Below are positions 23,369-33,362 of a DNA stretch of 64,000 bases, in pieces (the stretch's first letter is position 1; each line of letters opens with the position of its first letter). Origin of the DNA: Marsupella aquatica (taxonomy: Eukaryota; Plantae; Marchantiophyta); the NCBI GenBank assembly GCA_973895155.1, contig OZ316891.1, positions 13,609,037 through 13,673,036 on the forward strand, read 5' to 3'. Both the position numbers and the translations under genes were made by a program. The notes below the pieces were generated by a model that had not been told where the DNA came from, did not search any database, and saw only the letters and a list, made by a program, of their open reading frames with translations.

Positions 23369-23550
23369 AGTTGTACCTAACCACATAGTTGTACCTAATC
23401 ACGTAGTTGTACCTAACCACATAGTTGTACCTAATCACGTAGTTGTACCTAATCACGTAGTTGTACCTAACCACATAGTTGTACCTAATCACGTAGTTGT
23501 ATCTAACCACGTAGTTGTACCAACCCACGTTGTTGTACCAACCACGTCAT
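23369..23550. repeat. 18-bp tandem repeat GTTGTACCTAAYCACRTA (~10 copies) in the Copia B LTR; second copy at ~29495-29676
   Basis: Seen directly; it produces the spurious VVPNH ORFs. Confidence 0.92.
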
Positions 23551-23773
23551 ACCTAACCTAGACGTAAGAGTAAATACCCAACAATCTTCCCCTTGACTCT
23601 GGTCTAGGGGAGAGTAATACTGCCAATGTATATGATCCCTCAGCGGGAAGTTCTGGACAGAACCAAACCGGTTTCCCTCTCTAACTAGAGCAAACCAGAA
23701 CTAAGCCGTAGCCTAATACATAGGAATGAGGAAGAGCATATATCAGTAATTACAATGAATGTTTAAGAAAACT

Positions 23774-26700
23774 CTACTTGTGATGCAATTGCAAAACCTG
23801 CAATACGTCACGGTGTCTAGAGAAACTCTCCAAAGGAATCACTTTGGTAAATGCGTCAGCCGGGTTGAGTTTACCATCAATCTTGACTAGCTCAAACAAA
23901 TTATCAGACACAGCCTGCCTGATAAAATGGTACCTGACGTCAATGTGCTTCACTCTGCTGTCCATCACCTGGTTCACAGCAAGGTGGAGCGCACTTTGAC
24001 TATCACAATGGAGCTTCACATTCCCCTGTGGCAATCCCATTTCAGTGATAAGTCTATCCAACCAAATCGCTTCCTTTGTTGCTTCCGCAGCTGCAACATA
24101 CTCCGCTTCTGTAGTAGACTGAGCAATACACTTCTGCAAAGTAGACCTCCAACTTATGCATCCACCGCCAAGTGTGAACACGTATCCTGTTGTTGATCTC
24201 CTTCGGTCCAAATCTTGTCCATAGTCAGAATCTACATAGCCAATCAATGATCTAGCATTCTTTGCATTCGCATCAAATAAAAGACCATGATCCACGGTAC
24301 CCTTCAAGTACCTGATAATCCACTTCACTGCTTCCCAGTGTACCTTCCCTGGATTCAACATGTACCTGCTCACCTTGCCCATAGCCATGGCAAGATCAGG
24401 TCTAGTGCAAGTCATCAAATACATGAGACTCCCCACTGCCTTGTCATATGGAACCTTTGACATCAACCCCTTCTCTGTGTCATCCGTAGGACAGAACGCT
24501 GATGATAACTTGAAGTGTGGAGCCAACGGGGTACTTACTGGCTTGCTATTCTCCATGTTGAACCTTGCAATTACCTTCCTCGCATAACTGCTCTGCGTCA
24601 ACCATAGCTTGCCAGCCTCCAAGTCCCTAGTGATCTTCATACCCAAAATCCTCTTAGCTGGCCCTAAGTCCTTCATCTTAAACTCTGCACTAAGCAGTGC
24701 CTTGAGCTTAACAATCTCAGACCTATCCTTGGCTGCAATTAGCATGTCATCCACATAAAGTACTAAAACAATGAACCCAAAGACAACATTCTTCACCGGT
24801 TTCAAATACACACAAGGGTCAAATACACTTTTGTGAAAACCTTGTGACCGAATCCAATCGTCAAACCGCTTGTTCCACTGTCTTGGTGACTGCTTCAACC
24901 CATACAAGGATTTCAGCAATCTGCAAACCAATTCCTTCTGTCCTCTCTTCACAAAACCTAGCGGTTGTCTCATGAAGATCACCTCTTCCAATGTGCCATA
25001 GAGGAAAGCTGTGACAACATCCATCTGATCTAGGAGCAGACCAAACATTACAACAAGTACACACAATAGTCGTATTGTAGAGTACTTAGCAACTGGTGAG
25101 AAGACCTCATTGTAATCCACACCTTTCTCTTGTGTGAATCCCTTTGCTACCAATCTAGCCTTGTAGACCTTCGATCCACCTCCTATGGAATTATCCTTCA
25201 GCTTGTAAATCCACTTGCTGTCCACCACTTGCTGACCCTTAGGCAGCTTAACAAGCTCCCAAGTTTTGTTGTCCTTTAGTGACTGCATCTCCGTTTGCAT
25301 TGCTGCAGTCCACTTCTGCTTCTCCTTTGAAGCACTTGCCTCATGAAATGAAGAAGGTTCTCCTTCTTCCAAAATTAACGCATCACCCTCATCATCAGCT
25401 GTAAAATCATCCTCTTGCAGTTGAGATGAATCAACCCACTGTCCATACCTTGATGGAGCGCGTACAGTGCGACCAGATGTTCTTCTAGCCGATGACTCCG
25501 GTTGATCTGCGTGTGCTGGTACAATTTGAAGCTCAACAGCATCCACTTGCTGCTCACCAGCATCAACAAACTCCTCTGGTTCCTCTGGCACAGGAACCAG
25601 CTCCATAATTGGAGCAACTCCTTCTCTCCGGTCATGCACCTCATAACCAATCTCCCCCTCAACGAGATCCGGGATAGGAGATTTTCCTTTGTCAGTACGG
25701 GAGACCTGAGTATTCTCCCCCTCCTTCAATAATCTGGATTCATTGAAGGAAACATCCCTACTGACAACGAGCTTACAGGCAATAGGATCCCATAGCCTAT
25801 AGGCTTTCACACCACTCTGGTACCCAAGAAAAATACATTTTCTGGAGGTAGGATCCAACTTGGTCCTATTCTGCTTTGGTGTGAGAGCATATGCATCACT
25901 TCCAAAAATTACCAAGCCATGATAGTCTGCTTGCCGCTTATAGCGCATCTCAAACGGCGTTTTGAAATTGATAGCACTAGAAGGAGAAAGATTTACCAAA
26001 TAAGCTGCGGTATTGACAGCTTCTGCCCAAAATTCTTGTGGTAAACCTGATTGGCTCAACATACTCCGTGACCGCTCCAACAATGTCCGATTGAGCCTCT
26101 CAGCGACACCATTCTGCTGCGGAGTATAAACTGTGGTGAGATGGCGAGTTATCCCCTGTTCTGAACAGTACTCTTCAAATTCCATTGAAGTGTACTCCCC
26201 GCCGTTGTCTGACCTCAGACTCTTCACCCTTGTATCCAAACACTTGATCGTGTTTCCAGTCTGATTCTCCACCTGGGCCTTCCACTTCTTAAAAATGGAC
26301 AAGACATCAGACTTATGCGTCATGAAATAAATCCACACAAATCTTGAGTAATCATCAATAAATGATACATAGTACAACTTTCCAGAGTGTGAGGGAGTCG
26401 GGGATGGACCCCACACGTCACTATGTATGTACTCAAGAACCGCTTTGGAACGATGAGTTCCAACACCAAAAGCACGACGATGTTGCTTTCCAAGAATGCA
26501 ATGCTCACAAAACTCTAATTTACAAGATTGCAAATCAGAAATGAGTCCATTCTTCCGTAAGATAGCCAAACCCTTCTCACTCATGTGGCCTAGCCGTGAA
26601 TGCCACAGTTGAGTCATCTCCTCGTGAGACTTGGTTACATTGGCCTCTCCACATACAGTATTGCCCTGTAACACATACAAATTCTTTTGTCTACTCCCCT

Positions 26701-27046
26701 TCAAAATCACTGTCTCTCCCGACCTGACTTGAAGTTCACCATCAATAACGCTCCATTGATGACCATTTGAATCCAACACACCGAGTGAAATCAGATTCTT
26801 ACGCATGCCAGGTACATACCTGACTCCGGACACTGTGCGCACAGCGCCATCAAACATTTGAATCTTCACAGACCCAATTCCCTCAATTTGACAGGAGTGA
26901 TCATTTCCCATCAGAACTGAACCGTTTGAAATAGAGTAAGAACTGAAAAACTCACGAATGTAACAAATATGAAAAGAGCAAGCACAATCAAGAATCCACA
27001 CATCATCTGCTCTCCTAGATGACGTGCACAGGGCATACCCCCGGCT
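23774..27046 (-). CDS. pol: Copia B Pol (PR-IN-RT-RNase H), uninterrupted
   Basis: Open frame begins right after the gag TGA; WILDCAC, HSDVWGP, SDNGGEY, QQNGVAER, LYVDDML, KHIDVRYHF. Confidence 0.95.
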   Translation of the reverse strand, partial: SRGYALCTSSRRADDVWILDCACSFHICYIREFFSSYSISNGSVLMGNDHSCQIEGIGSVKIQMFDGAVRTVSGVRYVPGMRKNLISLGVLDSNGHQWSVIDGELQVRSGETVILKGSRQKNLYVLQGNTVCGEANVTKSHEEMTQLWHSRLGHMSEKGLAILRKNGLISDLQSCKLEFCEHCILGKQHRRAFGVGTHRSKAVLEYIHSDVWGPSPTPSHSGKLYYVSFIDDYSRFVWIYFMTHKSDVLSIFKKWKAQVENQTGNTIKCLDTRVKSLRSDNGGEYTSMEFEEYCSEQGITRHLTTVYTPQQNGVAERLNRTLLERSRSMLSQSGLPQEFWAEAVNTAAYLVNLSPSSAINFKTPFEMRYKRQADYHGLVIFGSDAYALTPKQNRTKLDPTSRKCIFLGYQSGVKAYRLWDPIACKLVVSRDVSFNESRLLKEGENTQVSRTDKGKSPIPDLVEGEIGYEVHDRREGVAPIMELVPVPEEPEEFVDAGEQQVDAVELQIVPAHADQPESSARRTSGRTVRAPSRYGQWVDSSQLQEDDFTADDEGDALILEEGEPSSFHEASASKEKQKWTAAMQTEMQSLKDNKTWELVKLPKGQQVVDSKWIYKLKDNSIGGGSKVYKARLVAKGFTQEKGVDYNEVFSPVAKYSTIRLLCVLVVMFGLLLDQMDVVTAFLYGTLEEVIFMRQPLGFVKRGQKELVCRLLKSLYGLKQSPRQWNKRFDDWIRSQGFHKSVFDPCVYLKPVKNVVFGFIVLVLYVDDMLIAAKDRSEIVKLKALLSAEFKMKDLGPAKRILGMKITRDLEAGKLWLTQSSYARKVIARFNMENSKPVSTPLAPHFKLSSAFCPTDDTEKGLMSKVPYDKAVGSLMYLMTCTRPDLAMAMGKVSRYMLNPGKVHWEAVKWIIRYLKGTVDHGLLFDANAKNARSLIGYVDSDYGQDLDRRRSTTGYVFTLGGGCISWRSTLQKCIAQSTTEAEYVAAAEATKEAIWLDRLITEMGLPQGNVKLHCDSQSALHLAVNQVMDSRVKHIDVRYHFIRQAVSDNLFELVKIDGKLNPADAFTKVIPLESFSRHRDVLQVLQLHHK

Positions 27047-28081
27047 TCATAAAACATACTCATCATTGAGTAAATCAGCTTCTCCATCAGCCCTAGCCAC
27101 ATTTGCCGATGAAGTTTCCGCTGCCTTTCCCTTACAGTCTCGCTTGAAGTGTCCAACTTGGTTGCACTTCCAACATGTCACCTGCCTCCTCTGAGGGGAT
27201 TTACCCTTGGACTTAGATCTGGATTTAGATCTAAACTGGGTTCTACGGTCCCCAGTTGGTCGCTGCATACTCCTCCCACGGTTAACATTGAGGGCAACAC
27301 CAGATGATGAAGGCTGTGACGTGATGTGCATCTTCTGCTGAAGATCATCACTAAGCAGAGAACTTACCACGTCATTGTATGAAATGGTATCCCTATCACG
27401 ATGCAACAACACTCGTGATAGGGACTGGTAAGATGGAGGCAATGAACTAAGAAGCTGCAGAGCCTTCGTCTCATCATTCAAAGTCTCCCCAAGGTTTTCC
27501 AAGTCAACGATCATGTCGTTGAAAGCATCCACATGGTCTTGCAACTTCGTACCAGATTCCTTCATCCTGAAACTCATCAGTTTGTAGGAAGTGTAGAGCC
27601 GGTTCGACAACTCCTTGCGGTGATACTTGCTCTGCAATTCCGCAAACAAGGACATGCAATCCTTATGTGCACCTAACTGCTTGATGATGGGAGGCATGAG
27701 ATAGAGTGTAACACACCACACTCCCTGCTCCTGCATGCGGTCCCATTGTTTCTCATCAACATCGTCTTCACGAGGGCTCAGCAGTTGGCCCATCCCTGAC
27801 GCATAAAGCACTCCCTTCACCTGCTTCTCCCATAGCAAGTAGTCAGAGCGCCCATCATACTTTGTCACTTCATACTTGGGTCCCCCAAGCTTGAAAGTCC
27901 CCATCTTCTTCTTTATCGTGAGCTCCGGTAGTAGTACTGCTTCCTCCACCACACGCCGCACCGGTGATGGTATCGGTGTCACGTGCTCTTCCTCCTGCTC
28001 CTCTCTCTGCCCCTGAAACCTCCGCGGTGACCCTCGTGCTTCAAGTTCCACGTCTTCAAAAAACTCCTCCGAATCACTCAT
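27047..28081 (-). CDS. gag: Copia B Gag
   Basis: KYDGRSDYLLW, LLSSLPPSY, CWKCNQVGHFKRDC. Confidence 0.94.
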   Translation of the reverse strand: MSDSEEFFEDVELEARGSPRRFQGQREEQEEEHVTPIPSPVRRVVEEAVLLPELTIKKKMGTFKLGGPKYEVTKYDGRSDYLLWEKQVKGVLYASGMGQLLSPREDDVDEKQWDRMQEQGVWCVTLYLMPPIIKQLGAHKDCMSLFAELQSKYHRKELSNRLYTSYKLMSFRMKESGTKLQDHVDAFNDMIVDLENLGETLNDETKALQLLSSLPPSYQSLSRVLLHRDRDTISYNDVVSSLLSDDLQQKMHITSQPSSSGVALNVNRGRSMQRPTGDRRTQFRSKSRSKSKGKSPQRRQVTCWKCNQVGHFKRDCKGKAAETSSANVARADGEADLLNDEYVL

Positions 28082-29714
28082 ATGAGAAAGTCACAAAAAA
28101 TGTTGTTTTTCACAACTTCTCAAAAAACTCGAAACTCAACACCGCCGCGTAGCCCACAAAGCTAGGAGTCCAATACTGAAAACCGAAATCAAAATCGAAA
28201 TTTGACGGAAAAGTTATTCAAATTTCGGTCGAGGTGGGTAAAACCTTGGGAAACTCCCCCGTTTTGACCACCTCAAGGAATAACCAAAATACCAAGTACA
28301 ACCCGTTGTCGGAATTGCGATGTGATTGGTGTGCTGCATTGCCAACTTCAATGGCTACGACCTCGCCAAAAAATAACCAAAAAAGTTACCGTTCGGCGGA
28401 TGAAATCTTTGTCGGACGGTCAAAAAATAGCTCTCTGGTTTTTTGGAATATTCTATGACCCTTGTACAGGCCCTGTGGGAATTTTGGAAGAACAATCGAG
28501 GGGCTGACATGTGTCCTCGAACCCCCAAAACCCCCTACCACCCTTCGTCGTCGAAATCTGGTCGCGCGCGCAGAAAATACACACGGCATAATGTACCCCT
28601 CGACACCAAACGCAAGATATCTCACTCGGGTTTTGACTAAATCAAGATCCGATTTCAGATTTGGAAACTAGACTCCGAGGCGATGAAGATCGATATAAGA
28701 AGCACCCAAAACAAGGAAAGAACGAGGGAGAAAAAAATTGGTAAAGATGACAGATTTCTCTCAATTGCCATAGTCAATTTCGAATTAGTTTTTCAAAGAG
28801 AAAAAAATGGTACCTTGTCAACAACGAATGTTGATCAATTGCACTTGGTGTCGTCACCAAGTCCAACAAGGTAATTGATTTTGCTTAGCCTTCCTCTTTG
28901 CATCAAAGAGCCAATCCCGGACTCAAAAACAATCGTCTTGCCTCAATCTCTCCGTTGAGTCAAAACACTTGACGCTTCTCCCTCCGAGTCGATTGTCAAC
29001 TTTCTTCACAAAATCCAGAACGACGAAAACTTAGATCTCTCTGCACCACGAGCTCCGTTCAACGATTTCTTCACACCGTTAGAAAGCTCTTGCCCTGATC
29101 TATCCGTTGAGCCCATAAACTCCAAGTTCCATGCGATGGAACTCTGGAAAATCCACCAACACTCAACGCTGGAAAAACCGTCATGAAATCCCGTCACGAA
29201 CACATGTCACCTCCCAAGCATGCTCTGATACCAATTGTTGAGCATAGACGACGATCGCAACGGCAAGCCCATGAACCATCCAACGCACAATAGTCGACAC
29301 AAGAGATACGTGGTTCACCTCCTTGAGGCTACGTCCACGGGAACACACAAGAGAGCTTTACTGAACTCTAAGCCCGTCGGCTATACCGAGTCTCCACATG
29401 TAAGCTCTCCCTATCTCTCAAGTGGCTCCATAACAATGAGCCTTGGTTCTACCTCTCCAAGCACACATGCCTCTTATGATATAGTGTGCAACTTAGTTGT
29501 ACCTAACCACATAGTTGTACCTAATCACGTAGTTGTACCTAACCACATAGTTGTACCTAATCACGTAGTTGTACCTAATCACGTAGTTGTACCTAACCAC
29601 ATAGTTGTACCTAATCACGTAGTTGTATCTAACCACGTAGTTGTACCAACCCACGTTGTTGTACCAACCACGTCATACCTAACCTAGACGTAAGAGTAAA
29701 TACCCAACAAAGTA

Positions 29715-31510
29715 GAGGGAGGCGAGCTACATAACCAAGGGCTATCTTCCCTTTGGTCCTCTGTCCCTTCAAATATTGTCGATGGAAAAGGTCCTCACGG
29801 TAACGAATCAAACGAGGCTCACTGGTCTTCCGAATGGGATGTCCATCCGGTCCGATCCAAACAAAGTAATCTGATGGCCATGGAATGTCTGGAGCTGGAA
29901 GAGGGAAAGGTGCTATGACTTTTCTACAATGATAAACCCAACTCCGGAGTCTCAATCGTGGGTAATCTCAGCTTGTCGATAGGTAGCCATAGAATACCAC
30001 GAGAAATCGGAACCATGTCGTAGGTGTGTGGAAAAGGGAAAGACTCATGACCAAACATAAGTGGAGGTAAAGGAGGTGCAAGAGGAGTGTGTGCGTCAAT
30101 GAGTGACATAATCATCCTATCAAATTGGGCAGGAAAGACAAAAAGAGGCTCAATGTCGGCAACAGAAGAGACAATAGGAGGCTGAGACATCAAAGGAGTA
30201 GGAGCTATAAATGGTACACTGGGAGGCTCTATAGTCTCAGGCTCAGGCTCAGTCTCGGGAATAGGTTCAGGAATAGGTTCATCTCCTTCCATGGTAGGAG
30301 AGGAAAATGAATCATCAAGGGGTGATAGGGTGGTATCCTCAATAGAGGAAAATGGATCTGGAGGGGGTACTGGTGAAGGGGGTAAAGGAGATGGAGGGTG
30401 CTCAGGTGAAAATGTAGGAGGGATAGGGGAAAGAATGGGATCAGGTAGAGGGGGTGTAGGTGAGGATGGAGGAGGGAGTGAAGGGTCAGCAATAGGTAGC
30501 TCCGGCTCATCTACATCCATAGGGTGATCAGGCTGTGGTGAAGGTGCAAGGGGTGAAACATGAGGGGGTGGGACGGTATGAGACTCGGAAAGCAAAGCAC
30601 GAATACAGTCAAGCAACTGTAGAGGGGTACAACTCAAGAGTCTAGTGGCCTCATCTACCAAATGCTGGTTGAAACCAGCCACACTAGCTAGTCGCTCAGC
30701 ATCACAAACAAAATCAGTCCATGACGGATAAGAAGTGGAAGCAACAAAAGAGGGAGAAGTCATCCCTAGTAGATCTGGTGCTGTCGTCTGCTCCACTGGA
30801 GGGGGTCTCGGAGATGTCGTCGGTGGTGGAGTCAACTCTCTCGCTAACTCTAGCTGAGGTAGCTCAAAGTGTCTCGCTCTCCTCCTCCAATCGCTCAGCT
30901 CCACTGGTAATAAGCAGCCTCTCGAAAAGTAAATGTGCGCCAAGTAGGGTGTCAGATAGATATCACCGATAGTAGACAAGACAGCCACCTGCTTGGCGAT
31001 CACCTCCAAAAGAGCTAAGGCCCAGTTGATCCTCCTCTTGCCTGTCCATGATACAATGATAGAGCTGGTCAAGTAAACCATAGCCCTGGTGGGTTTGGTC
31101 GGATGAAAGATAGGTACAAGGAATCGGAGTAGATGAGCTAACTCCCGGTTCCTGCACTGATCAATCTTCCAACCAGACCTCCGGTCCCTGGTACCTCTAA
31201 AATAGGGGACAGTCATGTCCTCTCCAACAGAGATAAGTCTCTCTCCCTCCTGACTCAACTGGTACACCTCAGAAATAACGGCGGTGGTACACACATCAGC
31301 TGAACCTCTAGTAGAACTCCGAAAAGCGCCAGCTCGGGGTGGACGAAGAAAATCGGCAATGATGGACCCATGCACTATATCCCAAGGAAGAAAAAGTAAG
31401 GAACTCAAGCCCATCTCTACCAGGTTACTAAGGAGTCTAAAGTAAGCCTTAGGACCTGGAGGTAAGGTCACCCTAATGGCCTTACTAATTGGTAAGCTTC
31501 TGGAGGCCAT
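29715..31510 (-). CDS. Accessory ORF in the Copia A leader (conserved-looking N-terminal domain plus Pro-rich linker); C-terminus frameshifted and split by Copia B
   Basis: 528-aa ORF (LVPIFHPTKPTR..INWA..LTPYLAHIY). A second frame from ~29950 reads ...VARLPLL across the AAGTA TSD into VVDPPPITV* ending at 23075. Confidence 0.72.
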
Positions 31511-32455
31511 AGCTCAAAAAATCTGAGAAGGCTCTAGAGCTCTCCTCCTAAAAACGATTAAGCATGGAGGCTCAAAAATGAAATCTCAGGGATCTAAGGT
31601 AGCTGCGCTACTATGGGAGAAGGAATGAACTGAAAAGAGATAGAAATGAAGGAGCTCTAATCAAGCGAAGCTCTCGAAATTGCAATTTCTTCAATTCCAA
31701 GAAATCAGAGAGCATCAATGACCCAATACTCCTCAACGTCTCATCAATTGCAGTTCAGAATCAGGGTGAACATTCTCTAGGTAGCTGCGCTCCTATAGCA
31801 ATTGAAATGAGCTCGAATGGTGGTCTAACAAGTGAGCACTGAGGGTCAAAGCTCGCGCCCTACTGCCGGCCGCCATGGACGTCCCTCAAAGAAAACTGGA
31901 GAAAAAGGTTTGGGCCGGCGCGGACGTCACATTAGGTCGTGGCGGGGTGGATGTCCCAGACGTCCCTACGTGGAGGCCGTCCAAGACGTCCTCGAGTTTT
32001 TCATGCGGGCCGGCGCGGATTGAGTCGGCCGTCCTTAGCAAAAAATGGGTGCCGTCCCGGCCGTCCTAGTGTAGAAGCCGTCCAAGCCAGCGCCGTCTTT
32101 GCTGTCTTTCGTGAGGAGGCCATCCCGGACGTCCCTGCAAGGAGGCCGTCCAGGCCGTCACCTCATTTTTGAAGCTCCTTTCAACTTCTTGCCGTCTTGA
32201 CGTCTAATATGTGAAAACCAGAGTAGCCTTGACGTCTTCCAATGGTATCCTTACCCATTTGAGCTTATACTAACTTAATTTTGCTTAAAGGGCCTTATAA
32301 AAACTTAAAAATTTTAAAAATTTATGGTTTTGATACTTTAACTCTCTTTTTGGAATAATCACTAATTACACTAACCGCTGGAAAAACCATCACCAACACG
32401 TCACAAAAATTTTGATCACCTCAATGTCACCTCCCAGGCTTGCTCTGATACCAAT

Positions 32456-32787
32456 TATTGAACTAAGACGTCATTCGCAACGACCATACAACCATGACTT
32501 ATTCCATGCACATGTAGTCGACACAATCTCTACGTGGTTCACCTCTTCTCCAAGGCTACGTCCACACGAACACTCAAGCTTTACTTCAAGAGTAAACGAA
32601 CACACATGCTCTCCCTCTTCCTCAAGTTGCTCCGTTACAATGAGTAAGCACCACTCACCAGCGGCTTACACTAGCCCTGGTATATACAAGGTCACACACG
32701 ACTAACCTAACCTCAGCTAAGACCCTAACTGTGGTTAGCCTAAGTGCCGTAACCTTTGAGTCACAAGACTAAGAGCAATCCTTAACA
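32456..32787 (-). repeat. 5' LTR of Copia A (332 bp)
   Basis: Adjacent to the PBS; TATTG...TAACA; followed by TSD GAACA. Confidence 0.95.
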
Positions 32788-33362
32788 GAACACTGTAGGC
32801 TCTTGGAATTCACTCAAGAAAAATCTCAGACCAAAATTCACACAACTATGTCCTGTTCAGATTGAGGGTTGGAAGCATGCAGTTGCCACTTTGAATTACA
32901 CATTATAATAGTCAGATGAAGATGTTGCTGACAAGATCTGACTCTCAATAGAGCATTAGAAATGCAATTTTCTGGACCATGGCTGATACTAACGACGACC
33001 TCGATCAAGTGCTGGACTGGAACTATGGGCTGGCACAGCTAATGCCTAAATTGTGCAAAAGGGATTACAACAAGCTGACCTTCCCTACTCCCAACCTATC
33101 AAGGGATGGCAGGGAGGAGCTTAGTGTATCTGCAATCCAGGGAGGAGATGAGCAACAAACTATCAATGGTCTGGGGTTTTGAATGTAAAGAAGAGAACTG
33201 TATGATAGGTGGATACCTCAGCCCACAAGTGACTCTGCCATTTGATTGAATAGTCACACGGGTCCAGGGCCTCTTGTATAATATTGATAGCAAAGCACCA
33301 ACTATTAGATTGCACATGCACAGGGTGCCCATCTAGAGGCAAAGAATTCAAGGGCAAATACA

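Larger units (their letters stand above)
23110..29709 (-). mobile_element. Ty1/Copia LTR retrotransposon B, intact, 6.6 kb, very recent insertion
   Basis: 474-bp LTRs at 23110-23583 and 29236-29709 (TGTTG..CAACA; one mismatch seen, 23255 vs 29381); TSD AAGTA at 23105-23109 and 29710-29714; iMet PBS 29222-29233; PPT just after 23583. Confidence 0.97.
2796..32787 (-). mobile_element. Ty1/Copia LTR retrotransposon A (Tnt1/Tork-like), ~10.7 kb after removing two nested insertions
   Basis: LTRs 2796-3110 and 32456-32787; TSD GAACA at 2791-2795 and 32788-32792; tRNA-iMet PBS (rc of TGGTATCAGAGC) at 32442-32453; PPT (rc AAGGGGGAGTT) at 3111-3122; domain order gag-PR-IN-RT-RH on the minus strand. 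Confidence 0.96.

Noticed and set aside
23109-23561. 150-aa ORF with VVPNH repeats (also 29235-29687)
   Set aside because: It is the translation of the 18-bp tandem repeat in the LTR, with a non-ATG start; not a gene.
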